A DNA stretch of 64,000 nt from an uncultured Gemmatimonadales bacterium. Its GTDB lineage: Bacteria; Gemmatimonadota; Gemmatimonadetes; Gemmatimonadales; Gemmatimonadaceae. Position 1 is the first letter of the stretch. Each line of letters begins with the position of its first letter. The stretch is taken from the NCBI GenBank assembly GCA_963793305.1, contig CAWBZV010000011.1, positions 64,001 through 128,000 on the forward strand. Reading direction: 5' to 3'. The translations under genes were made by a program, and so were the position numbers. Shown here in pieces: positions 1 through 14,660 of this stretch. The notes under the pieces are model-generated. The model saw only the letters and a program-made list of their open reading frames with translations. It was not told the DNA's origin and made no database searches.

Positions 1-1773
1 AATGGCGGACAGGGTGGCGGCGGATACGGCGGCGGCGGATACGGCCAACAGCCGAACGCGAGGGTGACGCAGTCGCGAGTCGCGGTCGCCGTCGTGGCGG
101 CGCCGCTGGCGCGAGAGGCGGCGTGGTCACTCGGGGAGCTGGGTGATCCGGGACGGAAGGCCATCGAGACCGCGCTCCGGGGTGGTTTCGCGACGTCGAT
201 CGTGCTGTATGCGGCGGCCAAGCTCAAGCCCGTACCGACGACGCTCATCACGCCGTACATCACGCCGGGCAACGCCGCGCTGCTGCGCGCGGCGGTGTAT
301 GCCGTGACGCGGTCGCGCGCCGCGGGTGGCGTGCGCGTGCTCTTGCTGCCGGCGGCGTTTCGGGCGCGCGACATCGAGACGCGCGAATGGGTCGCGCGTG
401 GGCTCGCGCATTCGGCGGCGGGCGATTCGCTCGGGACCTATGCGGTCACGGTCCTCGACTCGATGGCGCACGACACCGTTGGCTTCGTCCGCATCGCCGC
501 GCTCAACTCGCTCCGGGGATATGGCGCGGCGGCGCGCGCGCCGGTCGTCATTGCCCTGCGCGATGACGATCCGAACGTGCGGATCACGGCCGCGAGAGCC
601 CTGGACTCGACGCTCGCTGGCGCGCCCCGCGGCGACTGGGTGCATGCGTATGGTGAAGACACGTCGTTCGCGTTTCATGCGGTGGTATTGATGGCGGCGG
701 TCCGGAACGGCGTCATTCTGCCGGAGTTGGACCACGACAACCCGGACCGCTGGCAGCGCTCGGGCGATTGGCGATTCCGTGCGGCGGCCGCGATGGCCGG
801 AACCGGCGCATCGATGGAGCGGATCGTCGATCTCACGTTACCGCTCACGCGCGATCCGGACCCGCGCGTGCGGGCGGCGGCGTACGACGTGTTCGCCGAG
901 GCGGCGGGGCAGAGCGTTGGCGGGACGCCGCATCCCTGGCGGCGCGAGTACATGCTGACCGCTGTCCATGACCCCGACCTCGCGGTGCGGGCGGTGGGCC
1001 TGGGCGGTCTCGCGGAGATCGCGACGGCGGAGGATGTGCCGGTGGTCGCCGATGCGTATCAGACCGCGATCGCGGACACCGGGAACGAAGCACGGCTGGC
1101 GGCGGTTCGCTGTCTCGTGGGGATATGGCGGAGGGATAGCGCGCACGTGGGCGATGACGCAAAGGCGAAAATCGCCGCACTTCCGGTGACCGATGACGCA
1201 GCGTTGCTCGATGCCGCGCGCGGCGTGACGTTGCTCGCCGCCTGGCGGCCGGATGGCGGCCGGCCGGCGCCGCATCCGACCGACTGGTACCTCCGGGTGG
1301 TGCACGAGATCGTGGAGCCGAGTCTCCGCGGCCAGGCGCCGCAGGCGACCATTCAGACGGCGAGGGGGAATATCACGATCGAGTTGTTCGGCGCCGACGC
1401 GCCGCTCACGGTGGATAATTTCCTGACGCTCGCGAAACGCGGATACTACAAGGGACTGAATTTCCATCGGGTCGTGCCCGCGTTCGTGGTGCAGGACGGT
1501 GATCCCCGCGGCGATGGTCGCGGCGGGCCCGGCTACGATATCCGCGATGAGCTCGACCGGCGGCGGTACGTGCGGGGAACAGTCGGGATGGCGCTCGACG
1601 GGCCGAATACCGGAGGGAGTCAGTACTTCATCTCGCTGGGTACGGAGCCGCATCTGGACGGGCATTATACGGCGTTCGCCAGGGTCACCTCCGGCGATGC
1701 GGTGCTCGATCAGGTCGTGCAGTGGGATGGGATCGACAACATCGTGCCGCTCGTGCGCGTCGTCACGCCGTGA
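1..1773 (+). CDS. HEAT-repeat protein fused to a C-terminal cyclophilin-type peptidyl-prolyl cis-trans isomerase (5'-partial)
   Basis: The frame is open from base 1 (NGGQGGGGYGGGGYGQQ...). HEAT-like repeats (LRDDDPNVRITAARAL, RDPDPRVRAAA) precede cyclophilin motifs (FHRVVPAFVVQDGDP, GTVGMA, GGSQYFI, HLDGHYTAF). Confidence 0.88.
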   Translation, partial: NGGQGGGGYGGGGYGQQPNARVTQSRVAVAVVAAPLAREAAWSLGELGDPGRKAIETALRGGFATSIVLYAAAKLKPVPTTLITPYITPGNAALLRAAVYAVTRSRAAGGVRVLLLPAAFRARDIETREWVARGLAHSAAGDSLGTYAVTVLDSMAHDTVGFVRIAALNSLRGYGAAARAPVVIALRDDDPNVRITAARALDSTLAGAPRGDWVHAYGEDTSFAFHAVVLMAAVRNGVILPELDHDNPDRWQRSGDWRFRAAAAMAGTGASMERIVDLTLPLTRDPDPRVRAAAYDVFAEAAGQSVGGTPHPWRREYMLTAVHDPDLAVRAVGLGGLAEIATAEDVPVVADAYQTAIADTGNEARLAAVRCLVGIWRRDSAHVGDDAKAKIAALPVTDDAALLDAARGVTLLAAWRPDGGRPAPHPTDWYLRVVHEIVEPSLRGQAPQATIQTARGNITIELFGADAPLTVDNFLTLAKRGYYKGLNFHRVVPAFVVQDGDPRGDGRGGPGYDIRDELDRRRYVRGTVGMALDGPNTGGSQYFISLGTEPHLDGHYTAFARVTSGDAVLDQVVQWDGIDNIVPLVRVVTP

Positions 1774-2429
1774 GGGCAGGGTTCCTCGGCTGCGCGGTTG
1801 CGCTCGTGGTCACGGCATGCGCGCCTCCGATGGCTGGCGAGCTCAAGGGCATAGCGCCGGCGACGCCCACGAGGTTGCCCTCCGCCGTGTTGCCCGCGAG
1901 CCATGGGAAGCTCACGTTTCGTTGGGAGTACCGTGATCGTGATCTGCTTGCCAGAGGTGAGGGGCGGGCGCTGATGGCTCCTCCCGACAGCGCGCGTTTG
2001 GACTTTGCGGTGGCGGGTGGAATGGGGTCGGGGCATGCGTGGCTTTTCGCCGATACGGTCGTCTCCGGGGGAGGGGGAGAGCGCATCAAGCGATATCTTC
2101 CTTCGCCGGTGGTGTTATGGGCCGCGCTGGGCCGGTTTCGGGTTTCGGCGACGGACACGGCGATGCGGGTGGATGGCGACACGCTACGAGCGGATCTCAG
2201 TACGAGCGGGAGTGATCCCGCGAAGAGCAACGTGTGGCGCGTGGCCTTCGCGGATGCTCGCTTGGTGGGGCTGGAACGATTGAGTGCGGGGCGCGTACGC
2301 GAGACCGTGGTGCGGCGGAGAAACGACGACATACGGTTCGAGAATCCGTCGGCCGGACGGTCTCTGACTCTGACCCATGTGCGCAGTGATACGGTGGCCG
2401 AGATCGACCCAGAGCTCTGGCATCGCTAG
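1770..2429 (+). CDS. hypothetical lipoprotein
   Basis: GTG at 1770 overlaps the upstream stop (GTGA). Hydrophobic N-terminus ends in a lipobox-like LVVTAC. Confidence 0.6.
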   Translation: MRAGFLGCAVALVVTACAPPMAGELKGIAPATPTRLPSAVLPASHGKLTFRWEYRDRDLLARGEGRALMAPPDSARLDFAVAGGMGSGHAWLFADTVVSGGGGERIKRYLPSPVVLWAALGRFRVSATDTAMRVDGDTLRADLSTSGSDPAKSNVWRVAFADARLVGLERLSAGRVRETVVRRRNDDIRFENPSAGRSLTLTHVRSDTVAEIDPELWHR

Positions 2430-2934
2430 GAGCACCCTTGCGGTAGTCGCCGTGGGGATGCTCAGCGGGTGCTTTTGGAAATACGGCTTCCATGGCGGAG
2501 GCCTGCCGCAGAACATCAAGACGATCGCCGTCGAGCCGTTCGAGAACAATACGCCGACGCCCGAGCTCCAAAAGAACATTTTGGATGGACTCCGAGCGGT
2601 GACGGGGTCTCGGTTGGGCTTGAGAGAAGTCGGCGAGGATCACGCGGACGCCATTCTCAAGGGGACCATCCAGCGATACGACATCGACGTGCCCGTCGGG
2701 TATTCCGGCGGCCGCATCACTGGCGCGACGGCGACGGCGACATCGACGCAGCGCCGATTGGAGATCCAGATCAATGTCGAGATCGACGAGCAAGCGACCG
2801 GGCGCATCCTGTGGCAGCGCAAGGGGCTCGTCGAGGCCGGCGACTATCCCAATGGCGGCGAGTTACAGGGCCGGGCTCAAGCCGTCAAGAAAGTTGTGAA
2901 CAACGTCATCGAAGGGGCCCAGTCCCAATGGTGA
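2377..2934 (+). CDS. LptE-family LPS assembly lipoprotein (start uncertain)
   Basis: Lipobox MLSGC followed by YGF..GGLPQNIKTIAVEPFENNT and ADAILKGTI, a pattern typical of LptE-like proteins. Confidence 0.65.
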   Translation: MCAVIRWPRSTQSSGIARSTLAVVAVGMLSGCFWKYGFHGGGLPQNIKTIAVEPFENNTPTPELQKNILDGLRAVTGSRLGLREVGEDHADAILKGTIQRYDIDVPVGYSGGRITGATATATSTQRRLEIQINVEIDEQATGRILWQRKGLVEAGDYPNGGELQGRAQAVKKVVNNVIEGAQSQW

Positions 2935-3290
2935 CGCGCCTGCGCAGCCGGCGTGGGGGCGTCAAGCTGGGGTGCTTCCTCGCTATGGCCATCCTCGGCA
3001 TAGGCGGGTGGGCGGGCATGTACGTCGGCGACGCGTACTGGAAGTACTATCAGTACGCCGACGCCTTCAAGCAGGAGGCGAAGTTCGCCGGGCACTATAC
3101 GGACCGGCAGATCAAGCAGCATTTGCGGTCGATGGCGGACTCGCTGGTGCTGCCGGATGACGCGTACGAGATCGTTGTCGAGCGGGGACGGCATCACATC
3201 GTGATCGACAACCAGTATTATGCTCATGTGAACATGGGCGTCATCTCGCGCGATTTCTTCTTCAATCCGCACGCCGAGGCGGATTTCTGA
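2928..3290 (+). CDS. hypothetical membrane-anchored protein
   Basis: ATG at 2928 overlaps the previous gene. Basic N-terminus (RSRRGG) then one TM segment. This is the 3' part of track ORF 2469..3290. Confidence 0.65.
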   Translation: MVTRLRSRRGGVKLGCFLAMAILGIGGWAGMYVGDAYWKYYQYADAFKQEAKFAGHYTDRQIKQHLRSMADSLVLPDDAYEIVVERGRHHIVIDNQYYAHVNMGVISRDFFFNPHAEADF

Positions 3291-3310
3291 TTCGAGCGCC
3301 CCGCTCGAAA

Positions 3311-3766
3311 GTGATGTCGTTGGAGGAGGCCCGCCGGTGGCGCCGAGCGCAGACTGGCAGGGTCGTGTTCACCAACGGCGTCTTCGATCTGTTGCATTCC
3401 GGCCATGTCGATCTGCTGACCACCGCGCGCGGGTTCGGCGATGCGTTGGTCGTCGGGGTGAACAGCGATGCCTCGGTGCGTCGGTTGAACAAGGGGCCCG
3501 AGCGCCCGCTGCGCTCCGAGGCCGACCGCGCGTATGTTTTGGCGGCTTTCGAGGCCGTCGACGCCGTGGTGATCTTCGATGAGGACACGCCACTCGCGAT
3601 TGTGACGGCACTCGAGCCGGACGTGCTGGTCAAAGGCGGCGATTATCGCGAGGAGACGATCGTGGGCGCACAGGAAGTCCGCGCGCGGGGCGGCGAGGTA
3701 GTTGTAGTTCCACTGCTCGAGGGGCACTCGACCACGTCCATCGTCGACCGCATCCGTGGCCGCTAG
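3311..3766 (+). CDS. rfaE2: D-glycero-beta-D-manno-heptose 1-phosphate adenylyltransferase
   Basis: [45 protein letters not shown]. Confidence 0.93.
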   Translation: MMSLEEARRWRRAQTGRVVFTNGVFDLLHSGHVDLLTTARGFGDALVVGVNSDASVRRLNKGPERPLRSEADRAYVLAAFEAVDAVVIFDEDTPLAIVTALEPDVLVKGGDYREETIVGAQEVRARGGEVVVVPLLEGHSTTSIVDRIRGR

Positions 3767-4475
3767 ACCGGGCGGTCGCGCCGCGGGCGCGCTGCGGCCA
3801 ATCACCATGGAGCGCGGTATCGTCCCGTACGCCGAGGGGTCGTGTCTCGTGTCGTTCGGCGATACGAGAGTGCTGTGTGCCGCCACGGTCGAAGATGGCG
3901 TGCCAGGGTGGCGCAAAGGCAGTGGTCTTGGGTGGATCACGGCCGAGTATGCGATGTTGCCGCGGGCGACGCGGACGCGGGTACCGCGGGAGCGCGGGCA
4001 GCTCGGGGGGCGCACGCAGGAGATTCAGCGGCTGATCGGCCGGAGCATTCGGGCGATGATCGACGATTTCACGTTTGGCGAGCATACGCTGCGATTGGAT
4101 TGCGATGTGGTGCAGGCCGACGGTGGGACGCGGACGGCGGCGATCACGGGCGCGTGTGTGGCCGCGGTTGATGCGTTCGCGTGGATGGCGGAGACCGGGC
4201 GGGTGGGCGCGAGTCCGGTCAAGCAGCGGGTGGCGGCGGTGAGTGTCGGCATTGTCGACGGCGACGTGCGGCTCGACCTGGAGTACGAGGAAGATGTGAA
4301 GGCGGGCGTCGACATGAACATCGTCATGGCCTCGGCCGAGTCGTTTGTCGAGGTGCAGGGGACGGGTGAGCACGGGACGTTTTCGCGGGCACAGCTGAAT
4401 GCGTTGCTCGATCTGGCGTCGAAGGGGATTGCCGAGCTCGATGGGTGGCAGCGTCGTGTGCTGGGTGTGACGTGA
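3756..4475 (+). CDS. rph: ribonuclease PH
   Basis: [52 protein letters not shown]. Confidence 0.97.
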   Translation: MAARPGGRAAGALRPITMERGIVPYAEGSCLVSFGDTRVLCAATVEDGVPGWRKGSGLGWITAEYAMLPRATRTRVPRERGQLGGRTQEIQRLIGRSIRAMIDDFTFGEHTLRLDCDVVQADGGTRTAAITGACVAAVDAFAWMAETGRVGASPVKQRVAAVSVGIVDGDVRLDLEYEEDVKAGVDMNIVMASAESFVEVQGTGEHGTFSRAQLNALLDLASKGIAELDGWQRRVLGVT

Positions 4476-4480
4476 AGACC

Positions 4481-5086
4481 ATGAAGAAGGCGCCGATTCT
4501 GCTGGCGACGCGGAATCCCGGGAAGCTCAAGGAGCTGCGGCCGTTGTTTGCGGCGGTCGGGTATCCGGTGACGGATCTCGCCGAGTTCCAGCTCGACGCG
4601 GATGAGGGCGAGGCGGACGTGGAGTCGTTCGATTCGTTCGAGGCGAATGCGCTCGCGAAGGCCCGGTATTTTTACGAGATCTCGGGCGGTGTCGCGACGG
4701 TGGCGGACGATTCGGGGCTCGAGGTGCCGGCGTTGGGTGGTGCGCCGGGCGTGCGGAGCCGGCGGTTCAGCACGGCGGGTACGGATGTGGCGAACAACGC
4801 GAAGTTGTTGGAAGCCATGAAGGATGTGTCGGATCGCTCGGCGCGATTCGTGTGTGCAGCGGCGTTTGTCGGGTTGGGTTCGGAGATGGTGCGTCTCGGC
4901 GCGACGCACGGAGTGATCACGGGTGCGCCGCGCGGGTCGAGTGGATTCGGGTATGATCCGTTGTTCGAGTCTGTCGAGCTCGGTAAGACGTTTGGCGAGG
5001 CGACGCTCGAGGAGAAGGCGCGCGTGAGTCACCGTGCGCGCGCATTTGCTGCGCTGCTCGCGGCGATGCAGGCCGCACAGAGTTGA
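4481..5086 (+). CDS. rdgB: RdgB/HAM1 non-canonical purine NTP pyrophosphatase
   Basis: LATRNPGKLKE, ADDSGLEV.ALGGAPGVRS, GFGYDPLF, SHRARA. Follows rph as usual. Confidence 0.96.
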   Translation: MKKAPILLATRNPGKLKELRPLFAAVGYPVTDLAEFQLDADEGEADVESFDSFEANALAKARYFYEISGGVATVADDSGLEVPALGGAPGVRSRRFSTAGTDVANNAKLLEAMKDVSDRSARFVCAAAFVGLGSEMVRLGATHGVITGAPRGSSGFGYDPLFESVELGKTFGEATLEEKARVSHRARAFAALLAAMQAAQS

Positions 5087-5107
5087 CCAACGCGGTCGAA
5101 GTCGCCG

Positions 5108-6314
5108 ATGCCCACCCCGTCTACCGCCACGCTGCCTAAGCCCAAGTTCGAGGAAGAGTTCGAGGACATTGTGGTTGATGTTTTCTCGAGGGTCTGGGGA
5201 GCGCGCATTCAGAGGAACGGCCGCAGGGGGCAGTCGCAAAACGGCGTCGACGCCTACGGCACGCCTCCGCACTTGGCCGGCCGGTATGCCGGTATCCAAA
5301 GCGAGAAGGTTCAGACATTGACGATCGCGGATGTCCGCTCGGAACTCGCGAAGGCGGAGACGTTCGTGCCGGCGCTGGCGGAATACATCATTGCCACGAC
5401 AGCAGATCGCGACGTGACGCTCCAACAGGATATTCGAGATCTCGACACTGGCCGCCGCCAATCCGGGCATTTCCCGGTCAGCATTTGGTTCTGGCCGGAC
5501 ATTGCGCGAGAGCTCGCTCGTCACTCCGACCTGGTCGAGACCCACTTCCCCGGTTGGATACCGGGCTCAGCTGCTTCCGTCACGGCTCGGACCGTGCCGC
5601 CCCGACCATACGTCGACTGGGGATCGTTCTGTCCGATGCCGACCGAAGCTGGGCCGAGGTCGTCGACGCACTTTGAATTCACGGCACGTCCGATTCGCGC
5701 TCTAGCGCTCACGATTGACGGTGACTTGCTGGACGAGTTTCGGCAGCATGTAGCGCGCGCGTTTGGGGTGACTGACGCGCAACCCCCACGCCGCCTCACT
5801 TCGGCATACGCCGTCGACCTCGTGTGGCGAGATCTGCCCCTTCGAAGCGCACGCCATTGGCGACGTGGTCAGGACGGTTCGGTTGGCTACGTGACAACAA
5901 TCGAAACGACGGCTGCGCCCGGACTGTGCTCGTTGTGGGACGTAGCGTACGACGCGTTGTTGTTTTGTCAGCTGGTCAGGGAGTTGCCACTGGACCGAGA
6001 TGTGACCTTGACGCTGGACTTCCAGCCGGGAGGGTTGCGTCCAGTGCCGGGTCCACTGGGTCCGATGTTTGTGGGGCGGCGATTGGATCCGCTTCCTGGT
6101 ATACCGGCGCTGCTCGCCCCAGCCGATTCCCAGCAGACGTTCAGAGGCTGCACAGACACGTCGACCATTCGTCAAGTTGGCGAGCTTCTTTGTAGACCGT
6201 TGGCGTCCGATGTTCGACCTGGCATCGCTTCGCATCGAGCCACTCGCCGCGCACTTGGAACAACTCGCTGTGGGGGAGCTCGGTTGGAGCCTGGCGCAAA
6301 TGGGTGCGCGTTAG
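5108..6314 (+). CDS. protein with N-terminal restriction-endonuclease-like (Mrr/PD-(D/E)XK-type) domain and unknown C-terminal domain; probably frameshifted near 6120-6180
   Basis: N-terminus EEFEDIVVDVF...GRRGQSQNGVDAYG...GIQSEK...ELAKAETF.P.L..YIIATTADRD. The track ORF runs to 6547, deep into the Fic gene. The +1 frame (track 6069..6314) gives a plausible tail stopping at the Fic stop, so the true end is inferred at 6314. Confidence 0.6.
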
Positions 6315-7531
6315 CGCGGTATGTCCGGAAACAGGCCCGGCATCCAGCGCGAGGCGAGAGCGGCGGGGAAGGCGAGCCGCAGCGGAGCGCGTGGACTGTT
6401 CGACGCCAGAACGAACTTGTCGAGAAGGGCGGTGACAATGCGGCGAGCCTGCCTGTCGCCTGTGCCCACGACACTGTCAACTTCTCCCCGGGGCAGCTCT
6501 CCCCGGTAGAGTATGGCTTCCAGAATAGCGCCAGATTTTGCGGGTAGTGCGCCGGCGCGGACCTCTTCTTCTGCCCATACCAGAATTCGTGAGCGCAGTC
6601 GGTCGGGCTGCATGAGGTCCTCCATGAACGAGACTTGGTCGATGCAGGTCGTGAGGAAAAATCGCGTGAACTCCGCGAGCGCTTCTTCGCTCAGCGCCCC
6701 TCGACCGTCGAGGTCGTTCCGACGGGGCCTATCGCAGTTGGCGAGTAGCGCTTTGTACTCACCGACGTTTCGAGCGAGGCCGCGTGCGATGGACCACACA
6801 CCACCCGTATCCAGGATATCGAGCAGCAAGGCGTGAGACACGAGACGCGCTACGCGGCCATTGCCGTCGAGGAAAGGATGCATCCAGAGCAATCGGTGAT
6901 GGATGGCGGCTGTGGCGATGAGCAAGTCGGCTTTGCCGAGATGTGAGTAGACCTGTTGAAATCGCTCGAGAAAGCGAGGCAGGGCGGCGGGACTGATCGC
7001 GATGTGATTGCCTACCTTTACGTCGCGTCGTCGAAGCTCACCGGGGATGACTCGGACACGTTCTTTCGTGATGGGATCGTCGACCCAGAGCAAATCGTCG
7101 GGAAGCAATTCGCAGAAACGGCGATGCGTTTCCGTGATGCCTGCAGTGGTGATGGCGCGCTTGTCTTTGAGGCCTCCGGTATCGATCCATTGCTGTACCG
7201 CGATGTGCGCTCTCGCTTCGAGTTGTAGATCACGCTTGTGGGCATTGTTGCTGTAGTCGTTTTTCAGTGCTCGCTCGATCTCGATCGGGTGAGTGTCATG
7301 ACCCTCGATGAGATTCGAGTAGTAGCAGTTCATGGCGCGCACGAGATCGGCGAGCGATGACAGGAGAGAAGCGGGCAGGCTGCTTCGAAAGCCGGCGGAC
7401 TTTTGTGTGAGGTCGAGGGCGAGATCGTTGAGTGGTCCGCGATGGCGCGATGCGTCGGAGATGTGCAGAGGCTCCATCTCTGACACGGTTTCGCCGCGGT
7501 CCGCCGGTAGGATGTCCGGTGCCATGTCCAC
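6311..7531 (-). CDS. Fic-family protein (AMP-transferase fold) with C-terminal HTH
   Basis: Canonical Fic motif HPFLDGNGRVAR. N-terminal inhibitory-type motif SNLIEG. C-terminal HTH-like GELPRGEVDSVVGTGDRQARRIV. Confidence 0.93.
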   Translation of the reverse strand: MDMAPDILPADRGETVSEMEPLHISDASRHRGPLNDLALDLTQKSAGFRSSLPASLLSSLADLVRAMNCYYSNLIEGHDTHPIEIERALKNDYSNNAHKRDLQLEARAHIAVQQWIDTGGLKDKRAITTAGITETHRRFCELLPDDLLWVDDPITKERVRVIPGELRRRDVKVGNHIAISPAALPRFLERFQQVYSHLGKADLLIATAAIHHRLLWMHPFLDGNGRVARLVSHALLLDILDTGGVWSIARGLARNVGEYKALLANCDRPRRNDLDGRGALSEEALAEFTRFFLTTCIDQVSFMEDLMQPDRLRSRILVWAEEEVRAGALPAKSGAILEAILYRGELPRGEVDSVVGTGDRQARRIVTALLDKFVLASNSPRAPLRLAFPAALASRWMPGLFPDIPR

Positions 7532-7670
7532 TCAGTGAAATCTGTAAGTGCCGCATTCATGGTATATTATAGACGCGACCATCGCAAGTATGGCCGGTTC
7601 GATGTCCGCAACGACGTCCACTTTGTGGATTTGTGCTGATTGCTCGAGGCGATCTGTGCTGAGCTAAGTG

Positions 7671-7699
7671 TTGACCGTGTTTACGGCTCCGGTTACGTT
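7671..7699 (+). promoter_or_regulatory. sigma70-type promoter for the tRNA cluster
   Basis: TTGACC (7671-7676), 17-nt spacer, TACGTT (7694-7699), upstream of tRNA-Pro. Confidence 0.55.
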
Positions 7700-7736
7700 A
7701 CGCGGCTCGACTTTACTGTTTTAAAAGGCTGGTAGA

Positions 7737-7810
7737 CGGGGCGTAGCGTAGCCTGGTATCGCGCCTGCTTTGGGAGCAGGAGGTCACCGGTTCAAATCCG
7801 GTCGCCCCGA
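7737..7810 (+). tRNA. tRNA-Pro(TGG)
   Basis: Cloverleaf with anticodon arm CCTGC-TT-TGG-GA-GCAGG and T-arm GGTTCAAATCC. No encoded CCA. Confidence 0.96.
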
Positions 7811-7832
7811 TGTGCGGTACTTAGCGACTCAG

Positions 7833-7906
7833 GCGCCAGTAGCTCAGGTGGATAGAGCAACAGCCTTCTAAGCTGTGGGTCGGGGGTTCGAGTCCCTCCT
7901 GGCGCG
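7833..7906 (+). tRNA. tRNA-Arg(TCT)
   Basis: Anticodon arm ACAGC-CT-TCT-AA-GCTGT and T-arm GGTTCGAGTCC. No encoded CCA. Confidence 0.96.
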
Positions 7907-7924
7907 TGGTGTCAGGATACGTTC

Positions 7925-7997
7925 GCACCCGTAGCTCAATTGGCAGAGCATTCGACTCTTAATCGACAGGTTGTAGGTTCGATTCCTACCGGGTGCA
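7925..7997 (+). tRNA. tRNA-Lys(CTT)
   Basis: Anticodon loop CT-CTT-AA closed by TCGA/TCGA and T-arm GGTTCGATTCC. No encoded CCA. Confidence 0.95.
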
Positions 7998-8002
7998 TGG
8001 GG

Positions 8003-8031
8003 TTGACGAATAAGTGACACCCCTGTATAGT
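8003..8031 (+). promoter_or_regulatory. sigma70-type rRNA operon promoter
   Basis: TTGACG (8003-8008), 17-nt spacer, TATAGT (8026-8031). A boxA-like GCTTTTTGATAA follows near 8075. Confidence 0.75.
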
Positions 8032-8234
8032 TAAAGGCTCTGGCGCACTTGCGCCGGAACCAAAAACGAAGACGCTTTTTGATAATTGAAATCGAGATTG
8101 GGGATGTGCGAGGCGACTCATTGATCCGACGTTTTTCAGGACGTCGGGGAGAGTCAACTCTGACATTTCTATAGTGATTCGGATACGCTGCCACGCGAGG
8201 CAGCGTGGCAGCGTTTCTCGAGAGCTAATCAACT

Positions 8235-9766
<1,532 letters not shown>

Positions 9767-10011
9767 ACGGAGCGACGAGTAAGGGCTTCATCTCGTAAGA
9801 GGTGTCGCTCGGAAAGTCCTCACGTAGTCGACGCCTCGACACATCCCAATCTCGATTTTGATTTCTGAATATTCGGGCGTAGCCCGTATTTTTTTTTGCT
9901 GTTTGACAACTGTTCGTTGGTAGTGATCGTGGGAAACGAATCCAACGCGAGACGTTGAATACGTTGAACACATCGTAGATCGCGCGTGCTCTGCTTGAAC
10001 ACGATTGATGT

Positions 10012-13221
<3,210 letters not shown>

Positions 13222-13331
13222 CTCCCAAAAAGAGTTATCAAACCACAACTCGCAGAGCACTGCACGATGTACGATGTGCGTTGCGATTCAGAAAACACGA
13301 TCACTACCCGCGAATCGTTGTTCCAATAGAT

Positions 13332-13450
13332 TCGCTGGCGACCAGAGCGTAGGGGCCACACTCGTTCCCATCCCGAACACGATCGTTAAGCCCTACAGCG
13401 CCAATGGTACTCCGGTCGAGAGACCGCGGGAGAGTAGGCCGTCGCCGGCA
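13332..13450 (+). rRNA. rrf: 5S ribosomal RNA
   Basis: GCTGGCGAC...CCCATCCCGAACAC...GGGAGAGTAGG.CGTCGCCGGC. Confidence 0.96.
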
Positions 13451-13607
13451 CCTAACGCACGCCTCCGTCTGCTCCGCAGTCGGGGGCTTCCGCCCCCTGG
13501 GGCGATTGCATTGCTGTCGGGTGACCTCATCCATTGAAGTCTGGGGGGAACCGCAAGCTGCCCCCCGACACCCCCCAAAGGCGCATTGTCGTTTAGTATC
13601 ACCAGCT

Positions 13608-14459
13608 ATGACACAGGCAGGCATCGTTGCTGTGGTCGGTGTTCCCAATGTGGGGAAGTCCACGCTGCTCAATCGCGTCATTGGGCAGAAGCTCAGTATC
13701 ACGTCACCAAAGCCGCAGTCGACGCGGGCGTCCGTCATTGGGATTCGGACTGAGGGCGATACTCAGATCGTGTTCGTCGACACGCCTGGGCTGCTCGAGC
13801 CGGCGTACGAGTTACAACGCGTGATGCGCGCCGCGGCGATTCGCGCGCTGAGAGATGCCAATGTTATCGTCTATCTCGTCGATGCGACTGAAGGCGAGCC
13901 CGCTGAGTTGCCCGTCGCCACCAAGGCACCACGACTGCTCGTGTTCAACAAGATCGATTTGCTTGGTAAGACCAAGCTCGACGAGTTGAAACAGCAATAC
14001 CCTGACGCGTTCTTTGTCTCGGCCGCTGACGGCCGGGGCATCGACAACCTTCTCGGCGAGATCGAAAAACGACTTCCTGAGAGCCCGTTTTTGTATCCAG
14101 AAGACGAGATCAGCACGCAGTCGATGCGCTTCTTCGCCAGCGAGCTCATTCGCGAGACCGCGCTCGAGCAGCTGCACAACGAAGTACCTTATAGTGTCGC
14201 CGCCGAAGTGGAGGAGTTCCGCGAAGAGCGCCGCCCGGTGTACATTCGCGCAACGATCTTCGTCGAACGCGACAGCCAGAAGGGCATTCTGATCGGCCAC
14301 AAGGGCGCGCGCATTCGCGAGATTGGCAAGTCCGCGCGCGAAAAGATCGAGCGCTTGGTCGGCGCGGATGTCTTTCTCGATCTGCACGTCAAAGTTCTCC
14401 CTAACTGGCGCAAGAACGCCGACTCCCTGCGCCGCTTCGGTCTCACGGTGACCTCATGA
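13608..14459 (+). CDS. era: GTPase Era
   Basis: [22 protein letters not shown] domain with [12 protein letters not shown]. Confidence 0.97.
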   Translation: MTQAGIVAVVGVPNVGKSTLLNRVIGQKLSITSPKPQSTRASVIGIRTEGDTQIVFVDTPGLLEPAYELQRVMRAAAIRALRDANVIVYLVDATEGEPAELPVATKAPRLLVFNKIDLLGKTKLDELKQQYPDAFFVSAADGRGIDNLLGEIEKRLPESPFLYPEDEISTQSMRFFASELIRETALEQLHNEVPYSVAAEVEEFREERRPVYIRATIFVERDSQKGILIGHKGARIREIGKSAREKIERLVGADVFLDLHVKVLPNWRKNADSLRRFGLTVTS

Positions 14460-14623
14460 GCCTTCCGCAGACCCTGCTAGCGATTCTCGTGTGCCCCAAG
14501 TGCAAAGGCGAGCTCGAATACCGCGAGCAAGACGGCGTGCTCGTCTGCCATACCGACCGGCTCAAATACCCGGTTCGGGACGATATCCCGATCATGCTGA
14601 TCGATGAGGCGACGCCCTTCTAG
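14456..14623 (+). CDS. Trm112-family small protein (55 aa, absent from the ORF track)
   Basis: Translated by hand: [59 protein letters not shown] overlap with era. Confidence 0.9.
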   Translation: MSLPQTLLAILVCPKCKGELEYREQDGVLVCHTDRLKYPVRDDIPIMLIDEATPF

Positions 14624-14660
14624 CCGTTGCCAATCCCCCGCTTAGCGGTCCTTGGTGAGC

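Noticed and set aside
5087..7810. Integrative element at tRNA-Pro
   Set aside because: No integrase, transposase, terminal repeats or duplicated tRNA 3' end is visible, and the insert lies 5' of the tRNA.
13460..13580. G/C-run hairpins after the 5S gene as an ncRNA or REP element
   Set aside because: They are single copy in the window and are adequately explained as rrn terminator-like hairpins.
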